A stretch of DNA of 62,944 nucleotides, counting the filler, from Pelomyxa schiedti (Eukaryota > Protista > Evosea): the NCBI GenBank assembly GCA_020536535.1. It is 7 parts of 7 records of this genome, joined end to end, with 100 filler letters (N's around TTAATTAATTAA, not from the genome) between each part and the next. Parts side by side here need not be neighbours in the genome. Positions count along the whole stretch, not along the records: positions 1,151 to 16,080 come from JAHLWZ010000484.1; positions 16,181 to 22,296 come from JAHLWZ010000503.1; positions 22,397 to 48,507 come from JAHLWZ010000760.1; 4 more parts are not named here. One strand, given 5' to 3'. Every line of letters begins with the position of its first letter. Position 1 is the first letter of the stretch. Position numbers and translations under genes: made by a program. Below the pieces are notes generated by a model. The model saw only the letters and a program-made list of their open reading frames with translations, was not told the DNA's origin and made no database searches. Below, one piece after another: positions 12,314 through 25,700 of this stretch.

Positions 12314-13712
12314 TGATTCCCCTGAGACTGACCGTTGCCCTGGACGCACGAGCGCAGTTCGTGGCGCTGGCGTGCGGGGCTCGTTCCGCCTGTTGTCTGC
12401 TGTCCTCAGTCCCCAGTGTTTTGGCTGACGAAATAGGGCGCGGCTGGGTGGTCACCTGCGCGCGCTGCTGCGCATTATGGGAGACCGGGGAGACCTTTAC
12501 GTGCGGGGACTGCTGCCCGGTCGTTTTTTTTGGGGTTTCGCACACCCTGGGGGTTGTGTGGCTTAACCTGAGAGTGTTTGGAGGATCTGATTTTGATGCA
12601 CCGGGGGCTTGTGTGCACCCCGTGATTCCTGGGTGTTACTTGGGGTGCGGGAAGTGGCTTGCTATTATGGGAGACCTGGAGGAGTGGCCAAGCTCACCTT
12701 CTCTGGTTTTTGTGGTGGACAGTGATGGGAGGTTTGTGGGAAGAGTAACTGGAATAACTATTTCCCCAAGGGAAATCATCAACTTTGAGAGCAATCAGCA
12801 CTGGTTGGTCATGTGCAAAGAACCAAGCCTCGTTGTGTGGAAACTCCAGAACGGAGACCCTATTGGAAAATGCGTAGTTCTGGAGGCCCCACACAGATGG
12901 ATTTGCAGCAGTGTAACATTCCCACAGGGGTCGAGTGACAATGAAGTTGTCACTGCTGCATTGGACCCTCGTGGTTCTGTTTGTATTCTGTTCATTGACT
13001 TACTCAGAAGTTTTATGGAAGCAAAGTTGGTTGTCCTGAGGTGTGTTTCAGTACNNNNNNNNNNNNNNNNNNNNNNNNNNNNNNNNNNNNNNNNNNNNNN
13101 NNNNNNNNNNNNNNNNNNNNNNNNNNNNNNNNNNNNNNNNNNNNNNNNNNNNNNAGTGACAATGAAGTTGTCACTGCTGCATTGGACCCTCGTGGTTCTG
13201 TTTGTATTCTGTTCATTGACTTACTCAGAAGTTTTATGGAAGCAAAGTTGGTTGTCCTGAGGTGTGTTTCAGTACTCCATACACAAACTAGTGGTTATGG
13301 GGACACACTGCCCATTTCGTCAGCTGAATTCTTCATGCTCCATTTTCCATTGAGTGATGCAGAGGACCGGGGCTATCTTCTGGTAAACAAAGAAACTGGT
13401 CAGGAAATTGCCTTCATCTTTGACAATCACCACTTGCTTTTTATCAGACCTTCACACCTCGAAATGTGGCTGATCTGCATGCAAAATCCTCATTCCATCA
13501 TTCAGCCTATTTCCCGTGAATATGGGGTCTCTGACACCCAGAATGGGAGCACAATTTCTCGTAATTACCATGACCTTGAAACTGGCCAAGTACTCCTTGT
13601 ACTTACACGCACAATGCTAACAAGCACAGGTACTCAAGGTAAATCACAGCAACAACACATCCATCAAGTTTGCAGCCCTAGGCCTCAATCACCACCTTGG
13701 CCCCAAGTTTAA
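12313..13712 (+). CDS. 'ARAQFVALACG' family protein, member 2
   Basis: Family motifs present. The N gap at 13055-13154 has duplicated flanks, so the two ORFs probably join into one. Confidence 0.72.
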
Positions 13713-13740
13713 GATAAAACAATAAGAATACTCTCTTGGC

Positions 13741-14427
13741 TTAGTCCTTTTCCTCCATTACCACAATCCCCCTGGCCTTCCCATTGTTGTCCTCACTGTT
13801 GCGTGTGTCTAGGACACACATCTGGCCCTGTATGAGTGTTCCCGTGTAGTGCACAGTGTAGCCCTCCCACGGTGATGAGAACGTGGCAGTGACATCAAGT
13901 GCGCCAGTGTGGCGGCTGTATGTGCCTGACAGTGTCTTGGTGGGTGCACTGGGGTCGTCATCATTGCGGCATGTCCCGTACACATTGTTGCCCTCATCGA
14001 CCTATGTGTAGTGATGTGCCCAGCTCATATCAGCAAAAAGTTACGGTGCCAAGTGTTTGTTTGGAGTTGCTTAATTTTTAGGTTGTTTGCGTCTATTGTG
14101 TTTGGTTGCAGAGGGTGGTGCAGGTTGAATTTGGCAGGTTGTGTTGGGTTTACCTCGAAGGCAAGGGCCCAACCAGGAGTTACATAGTCTTTTTCAGTCC
14201 ATTCGGTCTGCGGTGCCCATATCGTAGCAGCGCCCTTGTTGTCCTTCCCTCCTATCCTCACACTTATCTTCCTCGTCCTTTTTCCAGTGGAGTACAAAGA
14301 AAAAAAAACCCAAAATAAAACAAAAGGGGAGACGGGTAAAGGTGACTCCAAGTTTGAAGGCGCGTTATCCACACTGTAACACACATAGACAAAACGCAAC
14401 GCACCCAGCAGGAGCACTCGTCGACAT
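13741..14427 (-). CDS. Small 3-exon hypothetical protein (~130 aa, beta-rich), tandem copy 1
   Basis: MSTSAPAG | RKISVRIGGKDNKGAAT..WALAFE | VDEGNNVYGT..RGIVVMEEKD*. Exons are conserved and introns divergent relative to copy 2. Confidence 0.75.
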
Positions 14428-14535
14428 CCGCGCTTGGACACGAGTTTGATGTGATTTCGCACCCTTTGCTAAGGTGAAAAAAAAACCAACGGTGATGACT
14501 TCTCTACCAAAACCTGCAGGCCAATCAAACATTTA

Positions 14536-15098
14536 TTAGTCTTTTTCCTCCATTACTACAATCCCCCTGGCCTGGCCACTGTTGCCGTTGCTGTCGTTGG
14601 TGTCAAGTACACACATCTGACCCTGTCTGAGGGTTCCAGTGTAGTGATAGGCATATCTCCACTCCACTGACGGTGCTGAGAATGTGGCAGTGGTATCAAG
14701 TTCGCCAGTGCGGCGGCTGTATACACCAGTCATTGTCTTGGTGGGGGCACTGGGGTCATCAGTAGAGTAGGTACCATTCACAGTGTTATGCTCATCAACC
14801 TATGTCAAAAACGATTTTAGGAATTTGGCAGGTTGTTGGGTTTACCTCAAAGACAAGCTCCCACCCAAGAATATTAAAGTCTTTCTCGGTCCATTCAGTC
14901 TGCTGTGACCATTCCGTAGCAGCGCCCTTGTTTTCCTTCCCTCCTATCCTCACACTTATCTTCCTGCCACTGTTTCCAGGGTGGAAAAGAGAAAGAAAAA
15001 GGGCGTCAAGGTGATAAAAAAAAACACGCACTGCCGTTATACACAAAAAAAAAAACAACGCACCCAGCAGGAGCAGGAGCAGGAGCACTCGCCGACAT
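14536..15098 (-). CDS. Small 3-exon hypothetical protein, tandem copy 2
   Basis: MSASAPAPAPAG | RKISVRIGGKENKGAAT..WELVFE | VDEHNTVNGT..RGIVVMEEKD*, with the same intron positions as copy 1. Confidence 0.75.
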
Positions 15099-15331
15099 CT
15101 TGTGTTAAAATCTGATTTGTTTTTGTTGTTTCATTTAACCCTGTTATTCCTGTGAAACAAACCGTTTTCGGTCAACGATAATCAATTGGTTGAACCAATG
15201 GGCCAACAACATGTCCATTCTGATGTGGAAGGTCCGCATGCTGTTTTTCTTTTACTGTCGCGGCTCCTCTCTTGGAGAGAGAGGCAGGTTGTATCACATG
15301 GGACCGATCACATCGTTCAATAATCGGTTTT

Positions 15332-16080
15332 ATGGAGTCGTGCGCGGCGTTGCCTCTTTGTGCCGAGCGGGTGTTGGACGCGAGGGCTCAGTTCGTTGCT
15401 CTGGCGTGTGGTTCCATGATTGACAGGTGCGGGCCCGCGTCTCCCGCGAGGCTGTTGTCTGCATCCCCCCACGTCCTGGCCGACGAAATCGGGCGTGCGT
15501 GGGTCGTTTCTGTGTGCCGCGAGTTGGCTGAGGTTGTGTGGCACGCGGATTGCAGGCACTACAGCAGGTGCTGTGTGGTGGTCGTCGTGGCTGGTGTGTC
15601 ACATACCATGGGGGTCGTGTGGGAGATTGTGAGCGCCTTTGATGGGTACTCTGGCCCAAGTGTCCCGTGGGGGAGCCAGTTGTCCATAAGCTCGCTCGCT
15701 GTTGGTTGCTTCCTGGGTTGCGGAAAATGGCTGGCATGTGTGCTGCCTGGGACCGTTCAATTACTCCAGTGTTTGTGATGAACTCTTCTGGGAGGCTTGT
15801 TGGCAGAATTCCGGACTTCCAGGTGCGGCCAGTGTTCTTCAAGAACTTTGCAAGTAATGGGGAGTGGCTGGTTCTGAATTCCAACAACGGAATTACAGTG
15901 TGGAGGCTTCAGTGTGGATTACCAACACTCAGTGGGACTTTTGTGAAGCTGGATGCGGATAGGAGTATATTTTTGTCAATTGTAGAAGTCAGGTTCCCTC
16001 CTAATTGCCGTGATGAAGTGGCCCTTGTCTGTAACAGTGATCTATTGTTTGTAAATTTGCAATCCAGTTTTGAGACTTCA
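15332..16080 (+). pseudogene. 'ARAQFVALACG' family member 3, frameshifted near 15735-15770 and truncated by contig end
   Basis: Homology to member 2 switches frame between CGKWLA and VFVMNSSGRLVGR. Could be a pseudogene or a sequencing error. Confidence 0.6.
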
Positions 16081-16240
16081 NNNNNNNNNNNNNNNNNNNN
16101 NNNNNNNNNNNNNNNNNNNNNNNNTTAATTAATTAANNNNNNNNNNNNNNNNNNNNNNNNNNNNNNNNNNNNNNNNNNNNTTGACCCAACACGTAGAAGT
16201 CACATGTAGAAACTACATTACTTTTCTGTTGTGAAACGAG

Positions 16241-16870
16241 CCAGCTTCTTTCCAATACTGGAAATAAAGAACTTGGGCTGAAATTACTCCTTCAAACGGC
16301 TGCTGCAGCATCAAATAATTCCCTTGACGAACTTTGTAATACTTGCATGTGGTTTCGAAGGCGTTCACCATTTATGAATATCTTCAACAAAGTGGACCAC
16401 GCAAGGTACTGGCGCAGACATCAGCACTTCCTGAAATTGAACCTAGATGCCGTGCATTTTTGCGACTCTCTTCGCTATTTTGGTCTCCCGAGGTAGGCCC
16501 CAAAATTGGTGCCGGAATACTGCCAACCACCATCCCGATTTATGCTTGAGGGTGATGCTTGTATGCAAAATACCCTCGACTTCATCAACTGGCGCAGAGA
16601 CAGTGACCCAGATACACCCCTTCATCTCGTTGATTCAAGAAAACAGCAGTGTTCAAACGAAAGTTTGTTCTATTTTTCCCTTGGTTTCCTTTTACACTGC
16701 ATTGGGTGCATTGATAACACCCCCAAACAGAATTGCTTGTGCAAATTCTTGGTTCAGACATGTTCTACCGTTCCGTCGTTAGATCCAAAGGTAAAAAAAA
16801 AATAAATTTAGCTTACCCTCGGAGGGTGTCGGACCCACTCATTGTGCTTGGTATCATTTTTGCCTTGATT
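16241..16870 (+). pseudogene. Possible degenerate Vps35-like C-terminal fragment
   Basis: Pieces in different frames (LGLKLLLQTAAAA, VVSKAFTIYE, RCRAFLRLSSLFWS, QIHPFISLIQ) follow the order of Vps35 C-terminal motifs. Confidence 0.3.
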
Positions 16871-17221
16871 CCACTTTGGTGCATCAGCGGCTCCCCATTT
16901 TTGAGAAGTATCATACGAGTTACCCCAAAGTATCAATTCACAACGCCATCCGATGGCGAGGGTAATATTCCTTTCCCGAGGTACCTTGATAACAACAAAG
17001 AAACTCCAGTGCGATGCATTATGGGATGCTGCGGACTTGTCGGTCTGAAGTTGGTGCTGTTCTGCGTATGGGAGTACTGTGCGCCTGGGAAGTGTAGTGT
17101 ACCTAGGTGGTTTCCCATAGTAGCAGTTGCAAAGTCTCAATCCTCCTTAGAGTGGATTCATTATGAGATTCTGTAAAAATCTAATCAATGTTTTTCAGTT
17201 TTCTCTTGAAAACGCCGGTTC

Positions 17222-18966
17222 ATGGGTAACGGCCATCCCAACAACACACGCCCAACGGCAGCACCCTCATCCCCGTCTGACGTCCCATCATCGACCACCA
17301 GCAGTTCCACAGGCACCACAAACGGGGACACCAACAACAGCCAGACGACAGCGAAGAAGCAGCAGCACCACCACAAGGCCCCCCGAACCCCTCCCACTGC
17401 CGCCTCATCCCCTTCATCACAGTCACAACCAGCTTCCCATAATTCCACAACTGCCCCCGCTGCTTCCCAACAATCCCAACAGCAACAACCCGCTGCACCC
17501 GCCCCTTCATCAACCGAAACAGCAGCAACACCCCCATCCCCACCAGTATCCACGTCCTCCTCATCGTCGTCGCCGACTCGCACACCTCCGCCGACATACC
17601 CTCCTCCTCGTCCTCCCCCTCCTCCTCCCATAATTGCGAGTACCACGGCGGCTTCAGCTTCTTCCGCGCCTCCGGTGTTCATGGAACCAGAGTGCGTTAG
17701 CAGACTGAGGGATAATCCCGTTTTGCTTGTTTCCCTATGTGAGAAGCTATCACCATCACACTGTGAGCAACTTTTTACTATGCTCTGTTCCCCACCTACT
17801 TCCACTCCCAAATCATCTTCTCATTCTCCTAGTCCTACCACTACTTCTACTTCTTCTTTTTCTTCTGATCAAATCCTGCCTGAGGGTTCACCTCCCCCTG
17901 TGAGTAAGGAAGCTGCTGAGGCTGCTCTCAGGGTGCTGGTGAGAAGGGGACTGTGCTCTTGCATGAGCAGGATTCTGCAGGTCACGTTGGCAGTACCTAG
18001 CAACGAGGTCATCACAACCTGCATTAGGTCCGGGAACTATTCCACGTTTGAGCAGTTGATCACAAGACGGCTATCTTGCCACTCTGATGAGCCTATTGAA
18101 CCCATAGTGGATTCAATAATCTCCAATGGCAAAATCACCCATCTGCAATTGATTATGCACAAAGGCGTGCGTGTTACAGCACCCAGCTTCTTGCACGCTT
18201 GTAAAGAAGGACAGCCTTCCCTGGCTGAAATCCTGCTCGATTCCGGCATGATATCTCTTCCTCCTCCATCTCCCGGACCACCTCCTGATTCCTCGTGTTC
18301 TGCACAAGACACCATCAAACACGGTTCCGGACCAGACTGGGTCCCTACTGCCTTCGTGTACATTTGTGCCTGCCCACAAACCCGGCACACCCTGGTCCTC
18401 AAAATGATCCAACGGCGACCGGACCTCCCGCATCAAGCCGGAATTCTCTACGGAGAGAACTTCCTTCCCGTAATGGTTGCCAGTGCCTGCTGCAAATTGT
18501 CCTATCTACAAGTACTTCTCAAGTCCGGGGCAGCACCGGCTCAGTGCTGCCCACCAGCAACTGATGAAAGGTCACCTGTGTGCCTCGCTTTGGCAAATTT
18601 CATGCCCCGCGGGAACGGGCTGGCTCCAATCAGATGCAAGGCTACTGAGGTTCTTCCTATTGCCAAACTACTTATGCAATGGGGTGCAACCATCCCGCTC
18701 GACTTCATTTCTAAAAACCTGGCACATAAAGAAATGATAGCTGTTGCAAAGGTAATTTTTTTGGATTTTCACTTTTGGGCTTGTGGGTTTCTTTGCTGAT
18801 AACTCACCCACAAAAAAAGAGGCTGTTGCTTGACTCCATATTTGTCACAATTCTTGTGGGAATGTCCAACAAAAGGTGTGGCTCTAACAGCTCAGTGCAA
18901 CACATCCCGCTGTATATTATTAGGGACTTACACACTTTGCTGTGTCAGAACATCTTTCCTGTGTAG
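17222..18966 (+). CDS. Pro/Ser-rich protein with ankyrin-like repeats and a C-terminal box motif (2 exons)
   Basis: 525-aa ORF with ank-like units FLHACKEGQPSLAEILLDSG, VASACCKLSYLQVLLKSGA, IAKLLMQWGA. An intron at ~18752-18819 leads to the last exon ...FVTILVGMSNKRCGSNSSVQHIPLYIIRDL. Confidence 0.7.
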
Positions 18967-19021
18967 TTTTAAAATTTAGAAAAAAGGAAAATATGTACCC
19001 TTAGCTTCTCCTTTCTTTCCA

Positions 19022-22000
19022 TCATTCCAAACGAGAACGCTTCCTGCTTGGGATAATTATTACTGTTTGGTCATGTTGGGGTCCCTGAGGGTTCTTCCTG
19101 ACAATGCTGTCCTGCTGTTGTGGAGGTACAGGTTCTGTGCGAGAGAGCTTCTGAATCAACAATTCTTTGAAAGGGTGGTGGTTGCTGTAATCCTCATCCT
19201 CTTCGTTCATGTTCTCTGAATTCGGGCCTTTTAGTTTTGTATGTGGTGTGTGGTTTTGGGTGCTTGAGAGGGGAGTTTGTGTGGTTGTTGCAGTGGGTTT
19301 TTTTACTGTTTGACTCATGGATGTTGAAGATACCGTTTTGGTAGTGGATGATGATGTTTGGCTCGTGTGTGATATAGATTGTGCTGCGGGTCCGCGAATT
19401 TGTTGATGTCGATGTTCCTGCGTTGATGGTTTTACTGGGTGTTGGTTTTGCTCTTGCACTGGCATTCTTCTCAGTTGCTTTTTTTCTGGCACAGGATGCT
19501 GCTGTTGGTTTCTTAATGGCTGATTCTCTACTTGTTTATGGGGAATTGCTTTCTCAGGGTCTTTGGTGTGTGCTTGTGGCTTGACCTTTGGTGTGATGGA
19601 TTTCTTTGCTGGCGGAAGTTCCGTTTTTTGTACTTGTGGTGACGGTTGTGAAGTGCTGGTGGTGTTTGTGGATGTGGTTTGCACGGGACCTGGTGTTGTT
19701 TCTGGAGTCGGTCTGGAGTGCAGAAACTCATAAAACCGAAGGGCATGGGGGTTTTTAAAGGACAAATGTGTAGGATTGAATCCATCTCTTATGGTCAAAC
19801 CTTCAAGTGCCCGGACTCGCGACAGAGCTTCGAAACAACCTGAGAAAAATAACAGTGTTGGGGGAAGTTACCAACGTAAGCTTGCCCCGATACAAAGACC
19901 TTTTGAATGGTATTAGAGAAGCTAAAAGAAAGGTTGGCTTACATCTTTTATGCTGACTTCCACTATATAAGAGAAGTTAAGTTTGAGCAATCACAACCAG
20001 TGTCATACCGCGATTTAGTGTCATGCCTTGGCTTTTATGAATAGAAATGGCCCAAGCAAGTTTCAGAGGGATTTGTTCCATAGTAGCGGACGAGTACAGT
20101 GATTCCACAGTGAATTCAGCAGGTAAAACAACAGTGGCGTCAGGTACACCTTTGAACATCAGCGAGGTTACCCACTCAGTCAGCACATACCATCGAATTT
20201 CACGAGGGGAATGTATGCATTCTTGTTGGCAAGAAACCACCTTGTGCATAATGGCCACTCTTTTCGTCGCTGTATTGAGATCTCGGAAACCACTTCACGT
20301 GAATCTTGATCAAGAAGGGCTATCACAATGCCTTGTCGCCCGTTTACAAGTTCATCACTGAGATTTCGCAGAAGAATAACCTGGTATTTGAGTCATTGAG
20401 GAGTTGAGCTTTGACTGAGTTACCTGTGACCCAACTTTCAACTGGAGATTTTCAGGGGTTAAGAGTGGGTCAAGGAGGTGTAGTAAATTCAAGTCGTGTG
20501 CAGGGTTGCAATACTTAACACCTTTAAATTCTGCCAATTCACCTTGAAGGTTGTAAGTAAGAAAAGCAATATAAACTGCAGCTTGACCGGGAAGATGTTC
20601 CAGCGCACATGCATTGTAGCCATCAACACTTTCATTCTTGGGGAAAAGGAGTATGGGATGGCATTGACCGTCACGGTAACTTGACCCTGGAGGGACCAAC
20701 CGTTTTTTCAACAGGGCAATCGTCTTTGATACCTTAGGTATAAAGAAAGACGCAGTGGTAAAACCTTTTGGCTGGGATGACCAAGCCTTATCTCTGACAA
20801 AGCTGTAATGAACTCCTTGTCCCTTTTTTTTTTTCCAATCAAAAACCAAACACTTTTTTTAGGGGCTGTACTTACTGCTGCCTGAATACTTGTTTCAGCT
20901 CGATTAAATTGGGAACACATTCCAAGAATGTGTCTGCTTCAAAGCACATCTTATTCATGTAATACGTCTCCAACTTGAGAAAATCCTCATCTGCTTTATT
21001 GGCTGGGACTACTATAGTTCTATATATCCCAAAGTCACAACGGAGAAGTTGACAAAAAGAACTTACTTCCGGGAAGACACTGGTGGTAACTGGAAAAAGT
21101 CACCCTATCCCAAAAAAATCAGTGTGGAAAAGTCCGAGTGTGAGGAAACTCACAGATAAAACAAGTTGTAGCCCCCCAAAGGGACTGAGATCGTTTCGGA
21201 TATTACGACCAATTGCATCCAATCTGTGAAAAAGTGCTGCATCCAGCATAGATACCTGTATAATGTGAGTAAGGTCTTGAAAAAAAGCCGGGCACACTTC
21301 GTCTATTATGAGAACATCTGTATTTTCCCAGTTATCCCTCCTTGCCCAGGCACCCGCTATATGAGCTGCAGATGATGCTGTCTAACACAGCCAAGGTGAA
21401 TGAACATTGGAGGTTGTACTTTCGAAACCAAAAGTCAACCTTAATTCCCGCCCAGTGATGAAGAGTAACACCTCCAATGTTGACTGCCGCAATTCCTGAC
21501 GGGAAAGCATGAAGGATTAGAAAGGCGCATTATTAAAGTCGCAAAACGAACCTGTAAGTGCTGTCACTGCTACTCTGCAGTCCGTAGATTTCAGTAGGTC
21601 AACAATTCTTCGGAGAAGTAAAGATTTCCCTGTTCCAGCACAACCTTGGGAGAGGTAAGGGNNNNNNNNNNNNNNNNNNNNNNNNNNNNNNNNNNNNNNN
21701 NNNNNNNNNNNNNNNNNNNNNNNNNNNNNNNNNNNNNNNNNNNNNNNNNNNNNNNNNNNNNGCAAAACGAACCTGTAAGTGCTGTCACTGCTACTCTGCA
21801 GTCCGTAGATTTCAGTAGGTCAACAATTCTTCGGAGAAGTAAAGATTTCCCTGTTCCAGCACAACCTTGGGAGAGGTAAGGGCTTTTAATCCTATCAAAA
21901 GGCTTTAAACCTGTGAAAAATACACTGTTCCCAGCCATCACGAGGTCCACAACATGTTGCTGCTCTGCTGACAGAGCTACACATGACTGAGGAGATGTGT

Positions 22001-22296
22001 AATAGGGATACACTCCAATTTTGCCGTATCCTCTTGGGTTATTTCCCAATGATTGAGCAACAGGTGGTGTCCACGTTCTTTTTGGGCGTGGTGCTGGTCT
22101 CTGAGTTTGTTTTGGCTGCTGATGAGGTGTCGGACATTGTCGCATTCGGTCCTCTGTAGTTCTATAGAGTGATCCTGCTTTGAACATTGGTGCCATTGCT
22201 TGTGGAATTGTTTGTGATGACATTGATGACCCCGGCGACTGCAGTGCTGATGAGCACGTTGATGGAGGCAACTTTGGATGTGCAGGTACAACTGGC
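19022..22296 (-). CDS. PIF1: PIF1-family 5'-3' DNA helicase, multi-exon (5' end may be truncated)
   Basis: LSAEQQ, FTG|CAGTGKS, VAVTALTGIAA.NIGGVTLH, LIIDEVSM, PFGGLQL..GDFFQLPPV, QIPLKLAWAISIHKSQGMTL, GQAYVALSR. Low-complexity tail ends in basic RKRSRLE. Confidence 0.9.
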
Positions 22297-22706
22297 NNNN
22301 NNNNNNNNNNNNNNNNNNNNNNNNNNNNNNNNNNNNNNNNTTAATTAATTAANNNNNNNNNNNNNNNNNNNNNNNNNNNNNNNNNNNNNNNNNNNNGCAC
22401 TTGTGGGAGGCCGAAAAACAAAGGAAACTTACCAGCATCGCGTGGGTCGCTTCCTTTTTGTTTCTTACGAAAACGGTGATCACTTTTCCACCTACTGAGA
22501 AATCTTCAAATTGGAGATTGAGGTGGAAGGGTGCTGTCCCACAAACCTCTTTTTGGTTACTCTCTATTGAATACAAGAGATTGAGCTAAGGACATCGATA
22601 TTGTGTCTGACTTTTTCGTTCCAAGACCAAAGGACACCAGATCATCATCAAAACACACGAGAGACAACGAGAACAACGTATCGTTGTTCTTCGCTTGTGG
22701 GATTTA

Positions 22707-25700
22707 ATGGCGACCACGAGAAATGCAACGGCAAAAGCCACAACCACAACCACGCCCATCAGCAACACCAATAATAGCACCCATAATACCTGTATTATTA
22801 GTGGTATCAGTAGTAGCAAAAACACCGATGGAGATCAACAACAACAGTTGCATTTTCATTTACTAATGTTACCTGACATAGTTATGACACAGGTGATTTG
22901 TTTCCCTGTTTTTTTTTTTTTTTTGTTTTGGGGAATATAGCTGTATGTGTTGCCCTCACTAAAGCACAGTTCTGTGCATTTTTGTGTATTTAGGTGATAT
23001 GGATGTTGCCATTGGTCGGGGTGGTAGCATTGGGTGGAACATGTTCTGCACTGAGGAAGCTAACTTTGGATGAAACCTTTTGGTAACAGCCCTATTTCCC
23101 ATTTCATTTAATTTGTATTTCACCTGACAGTACCGCCACAGGGAGCGTGCAGTAAAGAATAATACAAATGCAAAAACTTCTTCAGCTGCATCGCGGTTGA
23201 TAACTTTGAAGCAATTGACCTGGAGGCAGTTGTACTTCCAGCACCGTTTGTACCTCTTGCGTTATCTCCTCCCATAATTCTCAAAAGGATTGTTCAATGG
23301 CTCCTGCCTCAAAGATGCAGAAGTTGTTGAGTCTCTGATTTTGCCAACTCCCGAGTACGAACATGATAAAGCCGCTTATTTGCTCCAACTCGCTGTATAG
23401 TAGTTTGATTTGCTTTTTTTGCCTGATGGGTCGTCCCTCAGGAATACTACAAGTATTCTGGCAAAATCCAACAGTACAAGGAGAAATTGGATTCTCTACA
23501 CAAGATGTATGTATCACTTAAGGCTCACATTGAAGCTGGACTATGTGCATTGGAAAAATCAAAACTGTACAGTTGGGAAGACAAAGTTATCAACGAAACC
23601 GCGGGAGTATCTGAGTTCCATCTCAAGGTCAACAACCAACCTTTGCGCACCTGACATTGCAACAGGAACAAGCAATTAAGTCGGCCATGATGCACTTTGG
23701 TGAAGGGAAGTACTGGGAGTGGGCCCTGGAGTACATGGAAATACTGCGTGCTCAAATCTCCAAATCCCTGGCTGCGGTCCGCCCAACAGGAGGAGGGAGT
23801 GGAGATAAAACTTCACATCTGATGTCATCTAAGTCTTCTGGGGCACCTGTCAAGACAGGCGTTCCTTTCTTACAACCAGCAGTCAGTGGAGTAACATTGA
23901 AACTGGAAGCAAAGCTTGCAGGTTTCCAGGTACAATTTTTTCCTTCCCTACATTTGGCTGGTTAACGTAATGGAAAAAAAAGCCTTTGAAAGAAATGTAC
24001 ACCAAATGCCTACAAACCCACGATCGACTTTTTGAACAGTACTTTTTAGTTGGTATGCAGTGAGTAGTCTTCTGTTTTCTCAATAAAAACAGAGTTTACT
24101 GGCAAATGCGATGCCTTTGGCAAAAATGTTGAGGTACAGTGTAAAGTAAAATAGTAACGTTCAAATAATATATACTAGAACAAAAAATTCATCATGAGGG
24201 GAGATGAAGGTGAAAGAATATTGCCCTTTGTAAAAAAACTGCAAGCCAGATTTAGCAAGGCAAAAATAATATACACAAACACTTCGGAACGCGAGGGAGA
24301 ATGTATGCCTGCCCTTCCGTTTTTCCTTCTAACTGTGTGCAGGTATTTATGTGCACTCATGCGATCCTGTAATTTTAACACCGCACTTGGCAACTATGCT
24401 TAATCTTCCATACAATCCTCCCAAGATACCTGAAGATGGTATGAAAAACAATCTCAACACACTTTTCTCAATTCCTGTGTAGCTCTCCCAAAATCACGGG
24501 CTTTTTACAACCAGCTAGATTTGCGAGTTTTTGTCTACACAAAGCCGTTTATGAAAGATGTCCCACCAGGCACATCTCTCAGTGAGGAAGAGAAATTTAG
24601 TGCAAGTTTCGTTTCTGTTTTATTCCTCAAGTAACTACAAACAGAAACTTTGGATCTCCCAGACGTACCTCGTCACAGGGCATTCATTCCCTTACCTGTT
24701 GCGACGTGCGGAAATTGTGAAAGAAAAGGAGGCATGACTGACACAATTTTTCCAACTTTAAGTGACAGTTCGAGTTTAGATCCTAAAGTGCCCCCTTGAG
24801 AATGCTTGTGACTCGCTAAAAGCCAAGACAAGAGATATCCGACTCAAGGCAGAGGCAACGAACGCAAAACCAACTCCACAATCGATTAATTCACTTTCAA
24901 TGGCAATATCAGGTATGTTGCTTATTCTGAAGATGTGACTCGACTCAAGGTATATTCCAGGTGTTGTTGATGCTGCTGTAAGTGGTGGTGTGAAGCACTA
25001 TATGGGAGCTTTTTTGACACGAGAGTTCATTGAAAACAATCACACACAACAGAGGCTGGTCAAAAAACTGATTGTTGAATATTCTCCCACACACTTGCTT
25101 TCTTACGGGCTTCCAGAAACGTCTTCATGCCCAAAGGCACGCACTTTTTGATGCCATTCAAATTCATAGGAACGTAACTCCAACTGAAATGAATTCTCTG
25201 CATGATAAGTTGGAGGGTACATGCAATAGATAGTTCCATGAAAGTTAACATTAAAGTAGGTTGCTTTGAACAGTGGAAAAAGACCCTTGAAGAAAAATGT
25301 GATTATGCTGATAGTATCATTTATACCAGTCGTTCCTCTTCCTCTGTTTCATCACTATCTCGTTCCATCCCTCCTTTTTCAGCCTCCACACCTGACCTAC
25401 TGGTGGGTTGCATTTATTTCTCTCTTGATATTCATCATTCCCTCCTGACAGAGTGAAATTACCGGTTCACTATTTTCCAGCAGAGACAGAGTAACCTTCT
25501 TTCAAAGCAAATATAAATCTAAGCAGTTTGTAGGAGTCTCCAGTGGAATTGCAAGGTATCTCTTTTCTCATCTCGTGGGTTCGATATTCCTGAATGAAGT
25601 CCACCACACAATATTCCAGAGAGAACTGAACGGCGGCGCAGAAATTTATCGCTTTCGTATGGGAGTCCTTTCAGCAGGAAATTGATGCTGGAGCAGGTCT

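Noticed and set aside
12933-13276. Apparent tandem duplications flanking 100-N gaps (also ~21541-21882 and ~47641-47982)
   Set aside because: Identical ~120-bp sequence on both sides of each gap indicates unmerged scaffold overlaps.
19022-22296. PIF1 as part of a Helitron
   Set aside because: No Rep/HUH domain seen; intron-rich with cellular PIF1-type motifs. The 5' flank is missing, so this is not fully excluded.
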